From an uncultured Treponema sp. (lineage in GTDB: Bacteria; Spirochaetota; Spirochaetia; Treponematales; Treponemataceae), in NCBI GenBank assembly GCA_945868875.1, contig CAMBMW010000001.1, forward strand, positions 1 through 57,072: a stretch of 57,072 bases of DNA, written 5' to 3'. Positions 38,546 to 50,290 of the stretch are shown here, piece after piece. A program made the translations under genes and the position numbers. The stretch's first letter is position 1; each line of letters begins with the position of its first letter. The notes beneath the pieces were generated by a model that had not been told where the DNA came from, did not search any database, and was given only the letters and a program-made list of their open reading frames with translations.

Positions 38546-39618
38546 AAAAATCTATTTTAATTTCAATTATTATTTTACTTTTTTTATTCTTTAGTTTTGG
38601 AGCAACTTTTTTTGCGATTAAAAGTTTGTCAAAACCTCCTGTTATTTCAAGTGAAACTCAAACTGAGGCAACGTCTGTCCGCATTGAAGTTCCATACGGT
38701 ATGTCAGTTTTTCAGATTTCATCTGTTCTTAAAGAAAATAACCTTATTCGAAGTGAAAAAATTTTTTATTATTGTGCAAGATTTCCAAAATTCACAAAAA
38801 TTCTTTTTCCAAAAGAATCAGATTTAGATTTTTCTCTTAAAAGCGGTGTTTATTATGTCAAAAATGACATGGAGATTCCACAAATACTTAAACTTTTATC
38901 ATCAGGTCAGCAGGAATATATAAAAATTTCCATTCCAGAAGGTTTTACAATATCAAAAATTGCTGAACTTCTCGAAGAAAACAGGGTCTGTTCAAAAAAT
39001 GATTTCATCAATATTTCTAAAGATAAAAATCTTCTTTCAAAATATCAGATTCCAGCAGATTCTTGTGAAGGATATTTATTTCCTGATACATATTTTTTTA
39101 CACTTGGAATGAAAACTGAAACAGTTATATGCAGCATGCTCGACAATTTTTTTGAAAAGATTAAAACAATCCCAAATTTAAGTGAAAAAAATCCAGAAGA
39201 TTTATTTTATACAGTACGTCTGGCATCAATAGTTGAACGTGAGTACAGACTTGAAGAAGAAGCTCCATTGATTGCAAGTGTATTTCAAAATCGCCTTCGG
39301 TATAATATAGGACTTTATTCTTGTGCAACTGTTGTTTACATTTTGACAGAAATAGAAGGTCGTCCTCATCCTGATAGAATTTTAATTGAAGATACTAAGA
39401 TTGATAGTCCTTATAACACATACAAAAATGCAGGATTACCTCCTGGAGCCATTTCAAATCCTGGCATTGTAGCTTTAAGCGCAGCTACAAATCCCCCAAA
39501 AACAAATTATTATTATTTTCAAATAGCAGATGCACAAACAGGACGTCATGTATTCTCCAAAAGTTTTGAGGAACATATAGAAAATCATAATCTTGTTTCC
39601 AAAAAGGCAGCAAACTAA
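38542..39618 (+). CDS. mltG: Endolytic transglycosylase MltG
   Basis: IPEG, EGYLFPDTY, ASIVERE, SPYNTY...GLPPGAISNPG. Confidence 0.95.
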   Translation: MKKSILISIIILLFLFFSFGATFFAIKSLSKPPVISSETQTEATSVRIEVPYGMSVFQISSVLKENNLIRSEKIFYYCARFPKFTKILFPKESDLDFSLKSGVYYVKNDMEIPQILKLLSSGQQEYIKISIPEGFTISKIAELLEENRVCSKNDFINISKDKNLLSKYQIPADSCEGYLFPDTYFFTLGMKTETVICSMLDNFFEKIKTIPNLSEKNPEDLFYTVRLASIVEREYRLEEEAPLIASVFQNRLRYNIGLYSCATVVYILTEIEGRPHPDRILIEDTKIDSPYNTYKNAGLPPGAISNPGIVALSAATNPPKTNYYYFQIADAQTGRHVFSKSFEEHIENHNLVSKKAAN

Positions 39619-41460
39619 TTGACAAATTTTATTTCAAACGAAACAATTGATGCAATTCTCGATTCTCCAGACCTTATTTCTATAATTGGAGAATATACAA
39701 GACTAGAACAACGTTCTCCAAATGACTGGTGGGGTTGCTGTCCTTTTCATGGAGAAAAAACACCTTCTTTTCATGTAGATGCAAATCAAAAGTTTTATTA
39801 CTGTTTTGGATGCCATAAAGGCGGTAACATTATTTCTTTTGTTATGGAAATGGAAAAACTTCCTTATTCTGATGCACTTATTTCCATCGCAAAAAAAATG
39901 GGTATACCGATAAAATACAAAAATGGTGAAAATAATAATTCAGATTTCCACAAAAAAAATGATGAAATTGAAAAATATATAGATTTATATGAAAGAACAG
40001 CTTCTATGTTTCATTATTTTCTTCTTGAAACTCAACAAGGAAAAAAAGCTCTTGATTATGTTTTAAAACGAGGACTTTCAATCGATATTATAAAAAAATT
40101 TAAAATCGGCTATGCTCCAGATGATAGAAAATGGCTCAAAGATTTCTTAAAAAAGAAAAATTTTTCAAATGATTTTTTAAATAAATCAGGTTTATTCAGT
40201 CAAAAATATCCTGATTATTCTTTTTTTTCTGACAGGTTGATGTTTCCAATTTTTAACAGAAGGGGGCAGGTTGTAGCATTCGGAGGGCGTGTAATTCCAC
40301 CAGCTGATGAATCTCAAAGAAAATATTTAAATTCGCCGGATTTACCGCAATTTAAAAAACGGGAAACTCTTTTTGGGTTTAATTTTGCAAAAAATTCAAT
40401 AAGGCAGAATAAAAAAATAATCTTTTGCGAAGGAAATATGGATGTGATTGCTTATCATCAGTGTGGTCTTGATTTTGCAGTTGCAACTTTGGGTACAGCG
40501 CTGACTGTTGAACATATCAAAATGATTCAGGGATTTGTTGCAGAAGGTACTGTTTATCTTTCTTTTGATTCTGATGGAGCAGGTCAGACAGCCACATGGA
40601 AAGCTATAAAATTATGCCGTGAAAATGATTTGACAGTCAGAATAATCAGATTAAAAGGTGGTAAAGATCCTTCAGAAATTCTTTTAAAATTTGGTGAAAA
40701 AAACTTGACTTCTCAGGTAAACAATGCTATATTAGATTGCGACTATCTTTTACTTAGACTAGGTGAAAAATACCCTGTGGACACTCCAGAGGGTAAAACA
40801 AAGGCAGCATTGGAGTTTTTTCAATACGTTGATGTTCTTAAGTCTGATATTCAAAGAGAGTCTTGTCTGGAACAATTATGTCAGACATTCAATCTAAAAC
40901 CGGAGGCTGTAAAAAGGGATTTTATAAATCGTAATCGAGCCCAAGAGCGTTCAAACATCCGGAATAATACAAATCAAATAGAACAGAATACTCCAGTTAA
41001 GCTTGATGCTGAATTAAGGGGATTAATTGCTGTTACTGCAGACCCGGGTCAGTTCAAAAACATACGTTCAAAGATTTCCGAAAACGATTTACAAAATATT
41101 TATGCGCGTCGGCTTTTTAAAACATTAGAAGAGTGTTATATTGAAAAAGAGAATTCTTTTACTATCAAAGATATTCTAGATTGTTTAAACCAAAATGAAG
41201 ATGACAAAAAACTGGTTCAAGTTATAACAGAATCAATTTCTTCGGGAGTCTATCAAAGCGAAAGGATTGGTGTTTTTGTTCAGGACACAATCGAATATAT
41301 ATTGAAAAACAGATTGGAAGACCAAAGGAATAAGTTATCAAAGAGAATCAAAGAATATTCAAATTCGATAGCTACAGAAGATGATCAGATTCAGTTTAAT
41401 AATCTTTTAAAAGAAAAACTTGAACTCGATAAAAAGATTCAAGCATTAGTAAAAAAATAG
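39619..41460 (+). CDS. dnaG: DNA primase
   Basis: CPFH.EKTPSF...CFGC zinc finger, KYLNSP, EGNMD, FDSDGAG TOPRIM; TTG start. Confidence 0.96.
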   Translation: MTNFISNETIDAILDSPDLISIIGEYTRLEQRSPNDWWGCCPFHGEKTPSFHVDANQKFYYCFGCHKGGNIISFVMEMEKLPYSDALISIAKKMGIPIKYKNGENNNSDFHKKNDEIEKYIDLYERTASMFHYFLLETQQGKKALDYVLKRGLSIDIIKKFKIGYAPDDRKWLKDFLKKKNFSNDFLNKSGLFSQKYPDYSFFSDRLMFPIFNRRGQVVAFGGRVIPPADESQRKYLNSPDLPQFKKRETLFGFNFAKNSIRQNKKIIFCEGNMDVIAYHQCGLDFAVATLGTALTVEHIKMIQGFVAEGTVYLSFDSDGAGQTATWKAIKLCRENDLTVRIIRLKGGKDPSEILLKFGEKNLTSQVNNAILDCDYLLLRLGEKYPVDTPEGKTKAALEFFQYVDVLKSDIQRESCLEQLCQTFNLKPEAVKRDFINRNRAQERSNIRNNTNQIEQNTPVKLDAELRGLIAVTADPGQFKNIRSKISENDLQNIYARRLFKTLEECYIEKENSFTIKDILDCLNQNEDDKKLVQVITESISSGVYQSERIGVFVQDTIEYILKNRLEDQRNKLSKRIKEYSNSIATEDDQIQFNNLLKEKLELDKKIQALVKK

Positions 41461-41473
41461 GTGAACACACAAA

Positions 41474-43330
41474 ATGGAAGTTACTAATTCAAATACTTCA
41501 GAAAATGACAAAACAGCACAGGGATTAATGTCAAATCCAGCCATTGAAAAATTACTGGAATATGCAAAAACAAAATCGGCAATTACATGGGACGACATTA
41601 TTTCATATTTAGGGCAGGAATTCGTTAATTCAGATGATTTAATGGAACCTGTATTGGATTTATTAAAAAATATTGGTCGTGAGCCTATTGAAACAGACAT
41701 CATTGAACAGGAAGTTGATGATGGCATGGAAGATGATTTGATTCTAGAAACAGATGATGATCTTGTTACTGATGATGATGAAACAATTTCTGAAATTGAA
41801 AAAGCTGAAAAGGCATCTAGAAGCAAACTTGTAAACAATGATAAAGATTCTAGCATTGACGATCCAATTCGTCTTTATCTTCGTGAAATCGGAAAAGAAA
41901 ATTTATTAACTGCAGAGCAGGAAGTTGAACTTTCCAAAACAATGGAACAGGGTAATAATATCATTAAAAATGTTATTATAAATTCTGGTATAATGATTCC
42001 TGAATATTACGCAGTGGCACTGAAAGCATTTTCAAGAATTGATATTCATGAACCTGGAAAAACCAGAAAAGAAATCAATGAAGAAATGGCTGATAAAAGA
42101 AGATTAAAATCTGCTTATGGGGAGCATTTAAAACCAGTTTTATCTGAGATGAAACAATATATGCAACTCAAAAGACAGCTTTTCGAGACAAATCAGTCTA
42201 ATTCTATTTTTGAAAATGAGCAGCTTATTGAATTACGAGACAAAATTCTCCCGGAATTAAAGAAAATTGATATTCAAACAGAAGAACTTGATAAGTTTAC
42301 TCAAAAATATCGGGAAGCTACAATCAAGATAGAAGAATATTATCAAAAACAGGAAAAAAAGATGAAGGAACTTCGTGTTTCTTCTCCATCTGAACTTAGA
42401 AGTTTAGGAAGAAAGATTTCTATTAAGTCTCAGGTTGTTTTTCTTGAAAAAGAATTGAATATGACAGCAGATGAAATCCGTGAAATTTATACACAGATTC
42501 AAAAAATTGACAGGAAACTTCATCGTCTTGAATATGAATTCGAAAACAATGTTGATGATATTCAGAAAATGGCAAAGGAAATTGAATCTGGCCGAAAAAT
42601 GATGGAAAGAGCAAAAAATCGATTGATTAACGCAAACCTTCGCCTTGTTGTTTCAATTGCCAAAAAGTATACAAATCGTGGTCTTCATATGTTTGACCTG
42701 GTTCAAGAGGGAAATATTGGTCTTATCAAAGCGGTTGAAAAATTTGAATACCGAAAAGGGTTTAAATTTTCGACTTATGCTACATGGTGGATTCGTCAGG
42801 CGATTACACGTTCGATTTCTGATCAGGCAAGAACAATTCGTGTTCCGGTTCATATGATTGAACAGATAAATAAAGTTGTACGTGAAAGTCGTCAGCTTTT
42901 GCAAAAACTTGGTCGAGAACCAACTGATGATGAGATTGCACAGCAGCTTGGCTGGCCTTTAAGTCGTGTTAAACAAGTTAAAAATGTTGCTAGAGAACCT
43001 ATATCTTTGGAAACTCCAATTGGGGAAGAAGAAGATTCTATTCTTGGTGATTTTATTGAGGACAAGGAAGTTGAAAATCCAGCTTCACAGACAGCATACA
43101 CTTTGTTACAGGAACAACTTCGTTCTGTGTTGAACACATTGCCTTCTCGAGAACAGGAAGTATTAAAAATGAGATTTGGACTTGATGACGGCTATTCATT
43201 AACACTTGAAGAAGTTGGTCTTTATTTTGACGTAACACGTGAACGAATTCGTCAGATTGAAGCAAAAGCTTTACGCAGACTTCGTCATCCACGTCGCGCA
43301 AACGGATTAAGGGATTATGTTGAAACCTGA
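41474..43330 (+). CDS. rpoD: Primary RNA polymerase sigma factor
   Basis: [51 protein letters not shown]. Confidence 0.98.
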   Translation: MEVTNSNTSENDKTAQGLMSNPAIEKLLEYAKTKSAITWDDIISYLGQEFVNSDDLMEPVLDLLKNIGREPIETDIIEQEVDDGMEDDLILETDDDLVTDDDETISEIEKAEKASRSKLVNNDKDSSIDDPIRLYLREIGKENLLTAEQEVELSKTMEQGNNIIKNVIINSGIMIPEYYAVALKAFSRIDIHEPGKTRKEINEEMADKRRLKSAYGEHLKPVLSEMKQYMQLKRQLFETNQSNSIFENEQLIELRDKILPELKKIDIQTEELDKFTQKYREATIKIEEYYQKQEKKMKELRVSSPSELRSLGRKISIKSQVVFLEKELNMTADEIREIYTQIQKIDRKLHRLEYEFENNVDDIQKMAKEIESGRKMMERAKNRLINANLRLVVSIAKKYTNRGLHMFDLVQEGNIGLIKAVEKFEYRKGFKFSTYATWWIRQAITRSISDQARTIRVPVHMIEQINKVVRESRQLLQKLGREPTDDEIAQQLGWPLSRVKQVKNVAREPISLETPIGEEEDSILGDFIEDKEVENPASQTAYTLLQEQLRSVLNTLPSREQEVLKMRFGLDDGYSLTLEEVGLYFDVTRERIRQIEAKALRRLRHPRRANGLRDYVET

Positions 43331-43354
43331 CACAATTTTTCTGGCTGATTTTTT

Positions 43355-43403
43355 ATATTACACAATTAAATATTAAAAATTTTTTTGTGTAATATGTTTT
43401 TTT
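43355..43403 (+). terminator. Probable terminator after rpoD
   Basis: ATATTACACAA ... TTGTGTAATAT followed by T tract. Confidence 0.55.
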
Positions 43404-43469
43404 AACTGACTAATAGACTAAAAATAATATTTATTGTATATTTAAAAATATTTTAAATGAGGATCCTGT

Positions 43470-44384
43470 ATGGTAACAACAGAAATTTTTGAAAGCTTAA
43501 AAGAATTACAAACAATTCTTGTACAGAAATACGAATTGGAAAAAAAAGTAGCAGATGCTCCTAAACAGCTTCGTAATCAGGAAGAATTGCTGGCAAAAAC
43601 TCAAAAAGAATTTATTGAATTGAAATCACAATATGATGTTCTTGCTGAAAAAATCAATAAAATCAAATCAGATTTGAATGATGCAATCAGTGAACGAGAG
43701 GAAGGGGAAAAAGGTGTTGCAAACAGTACAACACACCGAGAATATGAAACTCTCGAAAAACAGATTTCAGAAGCTAAATTAAAAGAAGATAATCTTCGTC
43801 ATGAACTTCAGCATGAAGATAAAAAACTTTCTGATGTTGATGAGAAAATGAAAAATACTGAAGAGTTGATTCATTTTCAGGAATCTGAATTGAATTCAAG
43901 TAAAGATTCTTTGAATAGCGAACTTTCTGGATATAATTCAGAACTTTCTGAACTTAAAACACAGGAAGATAAAATTATTCCAAATCTTGATCAGGAAATT
44001 CTTTTCAAATTCCAAAGAATTATTCAAAGAAATTCTGAAGGTATTGTTGCCGTTCGAAACGGAGTTTGTACCGGATGCCATATGATTCTTCCTGCAAATT
44101 TTGCAAATGAAGTTCGTGAAGGTGAAAATATTAAATTCTGTCCATACTGCAGCCGAATTTTATTCTATGAAGAAGTATCAGAAGAACAATCTGAAGATTA
44201 TTTCAATATGGGACTTGCAGGAAGTCTTGCTGGTTTGGATGATGATGAATTTGATGAAGAATCAGAAGATAAAGAAGACTATGAAGAAAATGAAGAATTA
44301 GATGATTCGTTTGATGATGAAGATTCTTCAGATTTAGAAGAGTCTGCTGATGATGAGATTGATGATTCTTCTGAAGAAGATTAA
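43470..44384 (+). CDS. Coiled-coil C4 zinc-ribbon protein (HP0958/CT398-like) with acidic tail
   Basis: Long coiled coil, CTGCHM...CPYCSRIL, D/E-rich C-terminus; located just before rnpB. Confidence 0.88.
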   Translation: MVTTEIFESLKELQTILVQKYELEKKVADAPKQLRNQEELLAKTQKEFIELKSQYDVLAEKINKIKSDLNDAISEREEGEKGVANSTTHREYETLEKQISEAKLKEDNLRHELQHEDKKLSDVDEKMKNTEELIHFQESELNSSKDSLNSELSGYNSELSELKTQEDKIIPNLDQEILFKFQRIIQRNSEGIVAVRNGVCTGCHMILPANFANEVREGENIKFCPYCSRILFYEEVSEEQSEDYFNMGLAGSLAGLDDDEFDEESEDKEDYEENEELDDSFDDEDSSDLEESADDEIDDSSEED

Positions 44385-44416
44385 TTTTTTACTAAACAGT
44401 TAATTTTGTAAATAAT

Positions 44417-44799
44417 TCAGATGGGATATAACCGCGTTTTGCATAGTTGATGATAATTCTGCAAAATGAGATAAAGTCCGGGCTCCTTCGGAAAAAATGC
44501 CGGATAATAACCGGGCAAACAATGGTAACTGTAGTTTTCTGCATAGTCCAGTGTTTGACAGAAAGTGCAACAGAAAATATACCGCCAGAAATGGTAAGGG
44601 TGAAAAGGCAGTGTAAGAGACTACCGCATAACTGGTAACAGTTATGGCTTGTAAACCTCATTTGGAGCAAGATTAAGCAGCAGTTATGTTTTCCGAGCAA
44701 TACTGCGGGTAAATCGCTAGAATCAAATGGCAACATTTGATGCGGATAGATGGTTATTGTCTTTATGACAGACAGAACCCGGCTTACAGTCCCATCTGA
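44417..44799 (+). ncRNA. rnpB: RNase P RNA (bacterial)
   Basis: P1 TCAGATGGGA/TCCCATCTGA; AAAGTCCGGGC and ACAGAACCCGGCTTA P4 strands; AGTGCAACAGAAA, GGGTGAAA, GTAAACCTC conserved regions. Confidence 0.96.
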
Positions 44800-44811
44800 T
44801 TTTTTTTTGTT

Positions 44812-45792
44812 ATGAGAATAGAAAGTAAAAGAAATTATACTAGAGAGTTTAGTATAGAAAACAAAAACTCTGCAAAAAAGAAAAATTTTGCAGTTTTAAA
44901 AATAATTTCATTTTCCGCACTCATAGTTGTTATAATAATGGCAATTTTGATAGGAATACTTTCTTTTATTAAATTTCAACGAAGTAAAGTTAGCATAAGA
45001 ACAATTCAGGAAGCCTGGAAAAAATATGATTATCAGGCTGTATATGAACTATCTAAAAATTATCTGCAGGAAAAACCTTTTAATAACACTGCTCTAACTT
45101 ATTACAGTTATGCATGTTTTTATCTCTCTCAAGAACAGACTGATACATTACAGGCACAAACATATCTTGATGATAGCATAGTAAAACTTAGGATTGCTTT
45201 ATATGATGCAAATCCAAAACTTGTACCACAACTTCAATACATGCTAGGGCGAGCATATTTTTATAAAGATACAATTGCAACTCATTATTACGCAGATCTT
45301 GCAGTTAAATATCTATTGGCAGCAAAAGAAAATGGTTATGTTGCAGATGATATTGCAGAGTATTTAGGGTTAAGTTATGCGTCACTGGGAATGACAATGG
45401 AAAGCATTTCCGCTTTTACAGAAGCTCTTCTTGTGAGAGAGTCTGATTCGCTGCTTTTGGCAATTGCAGAACAGTATGTAAATGCAAAACAATATAGTGC
45501 AGCTGAACAATATTTATTTAGAATAATAAAAAATAGTGAAAACGATGAAATTATTATCAAAAGCGAATTATTATTGGGAAATATTTATATAGAAAAAGAA
45601 GAATATGACCTTGCATTAAAAGAATTTGAGAATGTTTTGAAAAAAAACGAAAATTCTGCTGACGCAATTTATGGAATTGGTGTAATATATGAAAAACAAG
45701 GTAATCTTGTAAAAGCAAGAGCTCAATGGAGAAAGGCTTTAAAAATTCAAGTTAATCATCCTGGAGCTTTACAGAAAATGGCAAATTATTAA
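44812..45792 (+). CDS. Membrane-anchored TPR protein
   Basis: N-terminal TM, C-terminal TPR units (LLGNIY...A...F..VL, AIYGIGVIY). Confidence 0.85.
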   Translation: MRIESKRNYTREFSIENKNSAKKKNFAVLKIISFSALIVVIIMAILIGILSFIKFQRSKVSIRTIQEAWKKYDYQAVYELSKNYLQEKPFNNTALTYYSYACFYLSQEQTDTLQAQTYLDDSIVKLRIALYDANPKLVPQLQYMLGRAYFYKDTIATHYYADLAVKYLLAAKENGYVADDIAEYLGLSYASLGMTMESISAFTEALLVRESDSLLLAIAEQYVNAKQYSAAEQYLFRIIKNSENDEIIIKSELLLGNIYIEKEEYDLALKEFENVLKKNENSADAIYGIGVIYEKQGNLVKARAQWRKALKIQVNHPGALQKMANY

Positions 45793-45828
45793 AATATATA
45801 TATAGTTGATAATTTTGGGAGGAAATGA

Positions 45829-46866
45829 ATGGGATTTTTTGATCATTTTACAACTGATATTGGTATTGACCTTGGAACATGTAACACTTTGATTTATGTT
45901 CGTGATAAGGGAATTGTTATAGATGAACCATCTGTTATTGCAGTGGAAAAGGGCACTAAAAGAATAGTAGCAGTTGGTGCTGATGCAAAACGAATGTTGG
46001 ATAAAACTCCTGGTAGTATTATGGCCATTAGACCTTTGGCCGATGGTGTTATTGCCGACATAGACAGCACAGAAAAAATGATTAAATATTTCATTTCGAA
46101 AATTATTCCACGTCATCAGTTTTTTAAGTCAGTTAGAATGAAAATTGGTATTCCATCTTGTGTAACTGATGTTGAAAGAAGAGCTGTAATTGAAGCAGCT
46201 TTGAAAGCTGGTGCGAAGGAAGTTGAAGTAATAGAAGAAAGTCGTGCAGCCGCAATTGGTGCTGACATTCCTATTTTTGAACCAGCAGGTCACATGATTT
46301 GTGATATTGGTGGAGGTACAGCTGAGATTTCTGTAATTTCACTGGGTGATATGGTTGTTACACATTCTATCCGCATTGGTGGCGATAAGTTTGATGAAGC
46401 AATTGTTAAACATGTTAAAAGTGTTCATAACTTGATAATCGGACAGCCTGCAGCTGAAAGATTGAAGATTCAGATTGGTAATGCAGCACCTGAAAAAACT
46501 ATTGAAAAAATGGAATTAAAAGGAACTGATGCTATTACAGGCTTACCTCGTCGTCTGGAAATTGACTCTGTTGAAGTTCGGGAAGCATTAAAAGAACCTG
46601 TTACAAAAATTGTAGAAGAAATCAAATCTGTTTTAAGTGAAACACCTCCAGAGTTAGCTTCTGATATTATAGAAAGAGGTATTGTTATGACTGGTGGTGG
46701 TTCAATGCTTCGAGAATTACCTAGACTTATTTCAAAAGAAACTGGTGTTCCTGTTATCCTTGTTGAAAAACCTCTGGAATGTGTTGCTATAGGTGCAGGA
46801 AAAGCATTTGGACTGTTTAAGGATTTGAGTTCTGAACGTTCAATCTATGATAGTTTGAATAACTAA
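45829..46866 (+). CDS. mreB: Rod shape-determining protein MreB
   Basis: [25 protein letters not shown]. Confidence 0.97.
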   Translation: MGFFDHFTTDIGIDLGTCNTLIYVRDKGIVIDEPSVIAVEKGTKRIVAVGADAKRMLDKTPGSIMAIRPLADGVIADIDSTEKMIKYFISKIIPRHQFFKSVRMKIGIPSCVTDVERRAVIEAALKAGAKEVEVIEESRAAAIGADIPIFEPAGHMICDIGGGTAEISVISLGDMVVTHSIRIGGDKFDEAIVKHVKSVHNLIIGQPAAERLKIQIGNAAPEKTIEKMELKGTDAITGLPRRLEIDSVEVREALKEPVTKIVEEIKSVLSETPPELASDIIERGIVMTGGGSMLRELPRLISKETGVPVILVEKPLECVAIGAGKAFGLFKDLSSERSIYDSLNN

Positions 46867-46877
46867 TTCTGATTAAT

Positions 46878-47768
46878 ATGGCATCAAAGAATAAAGTTCC
46901 CTTTAGATTTAAGTTTTCTGAATTTCTGTTGATAATCTTTGTTTTGTTGTCATCTTTGTTGTTGGCATTTAATTCAGGAGGTTTTGTCGTAAATCTAAAA
47001 AAGGTTGGATTTTCTATTATCTCATCTGTTGAAAAGAGTGTTCATTTTGTCGTAGATGGAATCACAAATACTGTAAATTCTGTTGGTGAATTAAGAAAAC
47101 TGAAAAAAGAATATAATGAACTGGTTTTAAAACTTGAAAACTATGAGCAGATGCAAAGATCAAATGCTGACATCACAAAAGAAAATGAACGTTTAAAAGA
47201 GCAGCTTGGTTTTTCAATTTCGATGGATGAGAAAAACATTCCGGCCCAGATTATTTCTAGAAATCTTGATAATGCGTATTCGTATCTGACTATAGATAAA
47301 GGTAGTGTAAATGGTATAAAAAAGAATATGCCTGTTGTAGCATTTCAAAATGGAAATCAGGGGTTGGTTGGAAAAGTAATTCAAGTGGGTACATTTACAA
47401 GTCAAATCATGCCGATTTATAATATTAAAAACATTGTTTCTGTGCGAATTCAAAATACTCGTGATTTGGGTCTTGTCAGTGGACTGGGAACTCAAAATCA
47501 GCCGCTTCTTTTGCAGCATATTAGAAAACGTGTTATGGAAGAATTAAGTTATGGTGATGTAGTTGTTACATCCGGAGAAAACGACAATTATATGCGTGAT
47601 ATTCCAGTGGGAACTATTACAAAAATAACAGCCCTGGATTACAATTCATCGTTAAATATTGAATTAACACCAATTATAGATTTTGCTCGTCTTGAAAACG
47701 TAATTGTTGTAAATCAAAAGGAATTAAATGATAGAAAAACTTCGTCTGATAATTCTGACAATGAATGA
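46878..47768 (+). CDS. mreC: Rod shape-determining protein MreC
   Basis: TM plus coiled coil, ENERLK, IDKGS, GLVGKV, VVTSG. Confidence 0.94.
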   Translation: MASKNKVPFRFKFSEFLLIIFVLLSSLLLAFNSGGFVVNLKKVGFSIISSVEKSVHFVVDGITNTVNSVGELRKLKKEYNELVLKLENYEQMQRSNADITKENERLKEQLGFSISMDEKNIPAQIISRNLDNAYSYLTIDKGSVNGIKKNMPVVAFQNGNQGLVGKVIQVGTFTSQIMPIYNIKNIVSVRIQNTRDLGLVSGLGTQNQPLLLQHIRKRVMEELSYGDVVVTSGENDNYMRDIPVGTITKITALDYNSSLNIELTPIIDFARLENVIVVNQKELNDRKTSSDNSDNE

Positions 47769-47905
47769 AAAACCTGTTGACAATAGTTTGTGTTTTATAA
47801 ATGAAAATTGTTAATTGAAAGAGTTGTAAGATAAAAACTGCTAAAATTGCGCGGCTTTTTTTACATAGAGTTTGCATTGCAAACTTTTTTATGGGAGTAA
47901 GGTAA

Positions 47906-48430
47906 ATGGTAAAATCAATTTTGTTCAGCTCATTTATTCTGTTTTGTGCCACAATTATCGAAGCTTCAATTTTATCAAATATTAATTTTCTGCTTGTGGT
48001 ACCAGATTTAGTGTTAATTTGTACAATTTACTTTTCTTTATTAAATGGTAAAACAATAGGTGAGACTACAGGATTTATTTCTGGTCTTTTTCTTGACTTT
48101 ATTACAGGAATGCCTTTGGGATTTAACTGTCTTTACAGAACTGTGATTTGTTACGTAACTGGAATTTTTTCGAGTACAGTAATCATTACCGGAATATTTA
48201 TTCCAGTTGTAAGTGTAGGAATTGCCACAATAGTAAAGACTATTCTTGTAAAATTTGTTTCTATTTTGTTTCCGAATACTGGACTTTTTGTTTTCGGTTT
48301 GATTTCTCCTCAATTTTTGTTTGAATTTATAGAAAACATCATTTTGGCACCTTTTTTATTCAGATTTTTGGGATTTTTTAAATCATATCTTGCAATAAAA
48401 ACAACTCAGGATAAAGTAAGTAATGTTTAA
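47906..48430 (+). CDS. mreD: Rod shape-determining protein MreD
   Basis: PDLVL, GF..GL.LD; multi-TM; synteny. Confidence 0.9.
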   Translation: MVKSILFSSFILFCATIIEASILSNINFLLVVPDLVLICTIYFSLLNGKTIGETTGFISGLFLDFITGMPLGFNCLYRTVICYVTGIFSSTVIITGIFIPVVSVGIATIVKTILVKFVSILFPNTGLFVFGLISPQFLFEFIENIILAPFLFRFLGFFKSYLAIKTTQDKVSNV

Positions 48431-50288
48431 ATCTGCAGAAGACAAATTAAGTAAAACCGAAAAAGTCATTATTCTTCTCTTGATTTTAATAATTTTATTT
48501 ATAGTTTATTCATATAAACTTTTTTCGATGCAAATTATTCAAGGGGAACATTACAAAAGTCAGTCCCAAAAGATTTCCAGTCAGGTAACTATCATTCCTG
48601 CACAGAGAGGTGAAATTTTTGATAGAAATGCTGATTTGCCAATGGTAATCAATACTGATTCATTTGCTGTGGAAGTAATTCCAGGTGAAATTCCACCTCA
48701 AAAATATGATACAGTTATCCAAAAACTTGCAAATTATTTGGGTATTCCAAAAAGTCAAATAGATAAGAAGATTCCTAAAAATATTCGTCGTTCTTATTCT
48801 TCTGTTCAAGTAAAATCAAATGTACCGTTTACAGTTATTTCAAATATAGCTGAAAATCTGAATGATTTACCGGGAGTTTCATGGGTTTCAAAACCCATAC
48901 GAAATTATTTGCATACTGAATCATTGAGTCATATTGTTGGATATGTCGGAGATATAAATCAAGATGAAATCACAGCACTTTATAATCAAGGATATACAAA
49001 AAATAGTATAGTTGGAAAAACTGGAATTGAAAAACAATATGATTCACTTTTACAGGGAACGCCTGGACGTGAAATGTCGACAGTTGATGTTCATGGAAGA
49101 GTTATTTCAGAAACTCCTGTAGTTGAACCTCCAAAAATGGGAAAAAATCTTGTATTAACTATAGATTCCACAATTCAAAAACTTGTAGAAGAAACGTTGG
49201 GTAATCGAGTTGGAGCTTCTGTAGTTTTAAAACCTGCAACTGGCGAAGTTCTTGCAATGGTTTCTTATCCATTTTATGATTCAAATATTTTTAGTTCTGA
49301 TGATGCTGCCAGTGAATATTCAAAGCTTTTAAACGACAACACAAAACCACTTATTAACAGGGCTGTTCAACTTTCTTATCCACCGGCTTCGACTTTTAAG
49401 ATAATAATGTCTGCAGCGATGCTTCAGGAAAATGCATTCCCTGCTTCAAAAACAATTGAATGTAAAGGAAAAATGCTTTATGGAGGAAGAGTTTTCCATT
49501 GTCATATTCATGAACCTGGACATGGCTGGCTTGATATGAAAAATGCTATGGCTCAATCCTGCGATGTGTATTATTGGACTATTGGTCGTGATTATCTTGG
49601 AATTGAAAAAATTGCTTCTTATTCAAGAGAATTTGGACTTGGAAAAAGTGCCCAAATTGATTTGCCAAGCCAGGTTTCAGGACTCGTACCAACTGCAGAA
49701 TGGAAACAAAAAAAATATCATGAAAAATGGGTTGGTGGTGATACAATGTCCTGTTCTATTGGACAGGGATTTATGGAAGCAACACCACTGCAACTTGCAA
49801 ATATGATAGCAATGGTTTCCAATGAAGGTATAATCTACAAGCCTCATATTCTAAAAGAAGTACGTGATCCTGTAACAAATGAAATAATCGAAGAAATTAA
49901 ACCTACAGTGTTAACCGAATCTACAATTGATAAAGAAGTATGGAAACAAATTCAGGAAGCTTTGAGATACACTGTCACTGATGGAACACCACAATATCCT
50001 ATGCACAATAAACTTGTTCAAATCGCTTGTAAAACTGGAACTGCCGAAGTTGATGGCTATAAAGACAGCTGGCATTCATGGCTTGTAGCATACGCACCAT
50101 ATGATGCACCTCCAGAAGACAGAATTTGTGTGGCTACGATTGTTGAAGCATGCAATAAATGGGAATGGTGGGCACCTTATGCAACAAATATTATAATTCA
50201 GGGAATTTTTGCAAATCAAACTTATGACGAAGCAATTAAGGAACTTGGATTTACTTATCTTACTAAAAATCGTGGGCGACAGGAGTAA
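48423..50288 (+). CDS. mrdA: Penicillin-binding protein 2
   Basis: RGEIFDRN, STFK, SCD, KTGT motifs. Confidence 0.95.
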   Translation: MFKSAEDKLSKTEKVIILLLILIILFIVYSYKLFSMQIIQGEHYKSQSQKISSQVTIIPAQRGEIFDRNADLPMVINTDSFAVEVIPGEIPPQKYDTVIQKLANYLGIPKSQIDKKIPKNIRRSYSSVQVKSNVPFTVISNIAENLNDLPGVSWVSKPIRNYLHTESLSHIVGYVGDINQDEITALYNQGYTKNSIVGKTGIEKQYDSLLQGTPGREMSTVDVHGRVISETPVVEPPKMGKNLVLTIDSTIQKLVEETLGNRVGASVVLKPATGEVLAMVSYPFYDSNIFSSDDAASEYSKLLNDNTKPLINRAVQLSYPPASTFKIIMSAAMLQENAFPASKTIECKGKMLYGGRVFHCHIHEPGHGWLDMKNAMAQSCDVYYWTIGRDYLGIEKIASYSREFGLGKSAQIDLPSQVSGLVPTAEWKQKKYHEKWVGGDTMSCSIGQGFMEATPLQLANMIAMVSNEGIIYKPHILKEVRDPVTNEIIEEIKPTVLTESTIDKEVWKQIQEALRYTVTDGTPQYPMHNKLVQIACKTGTAEVDGYKDSWHSWLVAYAPYDAPPEDRICVATIVEACNKWEWWAPYATNIIIQGIFANQTYDEAIKELGFTYLTKNRGRQE

Positions 50289-50290
50289 AT

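Noticed and set aside
44392-44736. ORFs of 114 aa (-) and 63 aa (+)
   Set aside because: They lie within the RNase P RNA gene.
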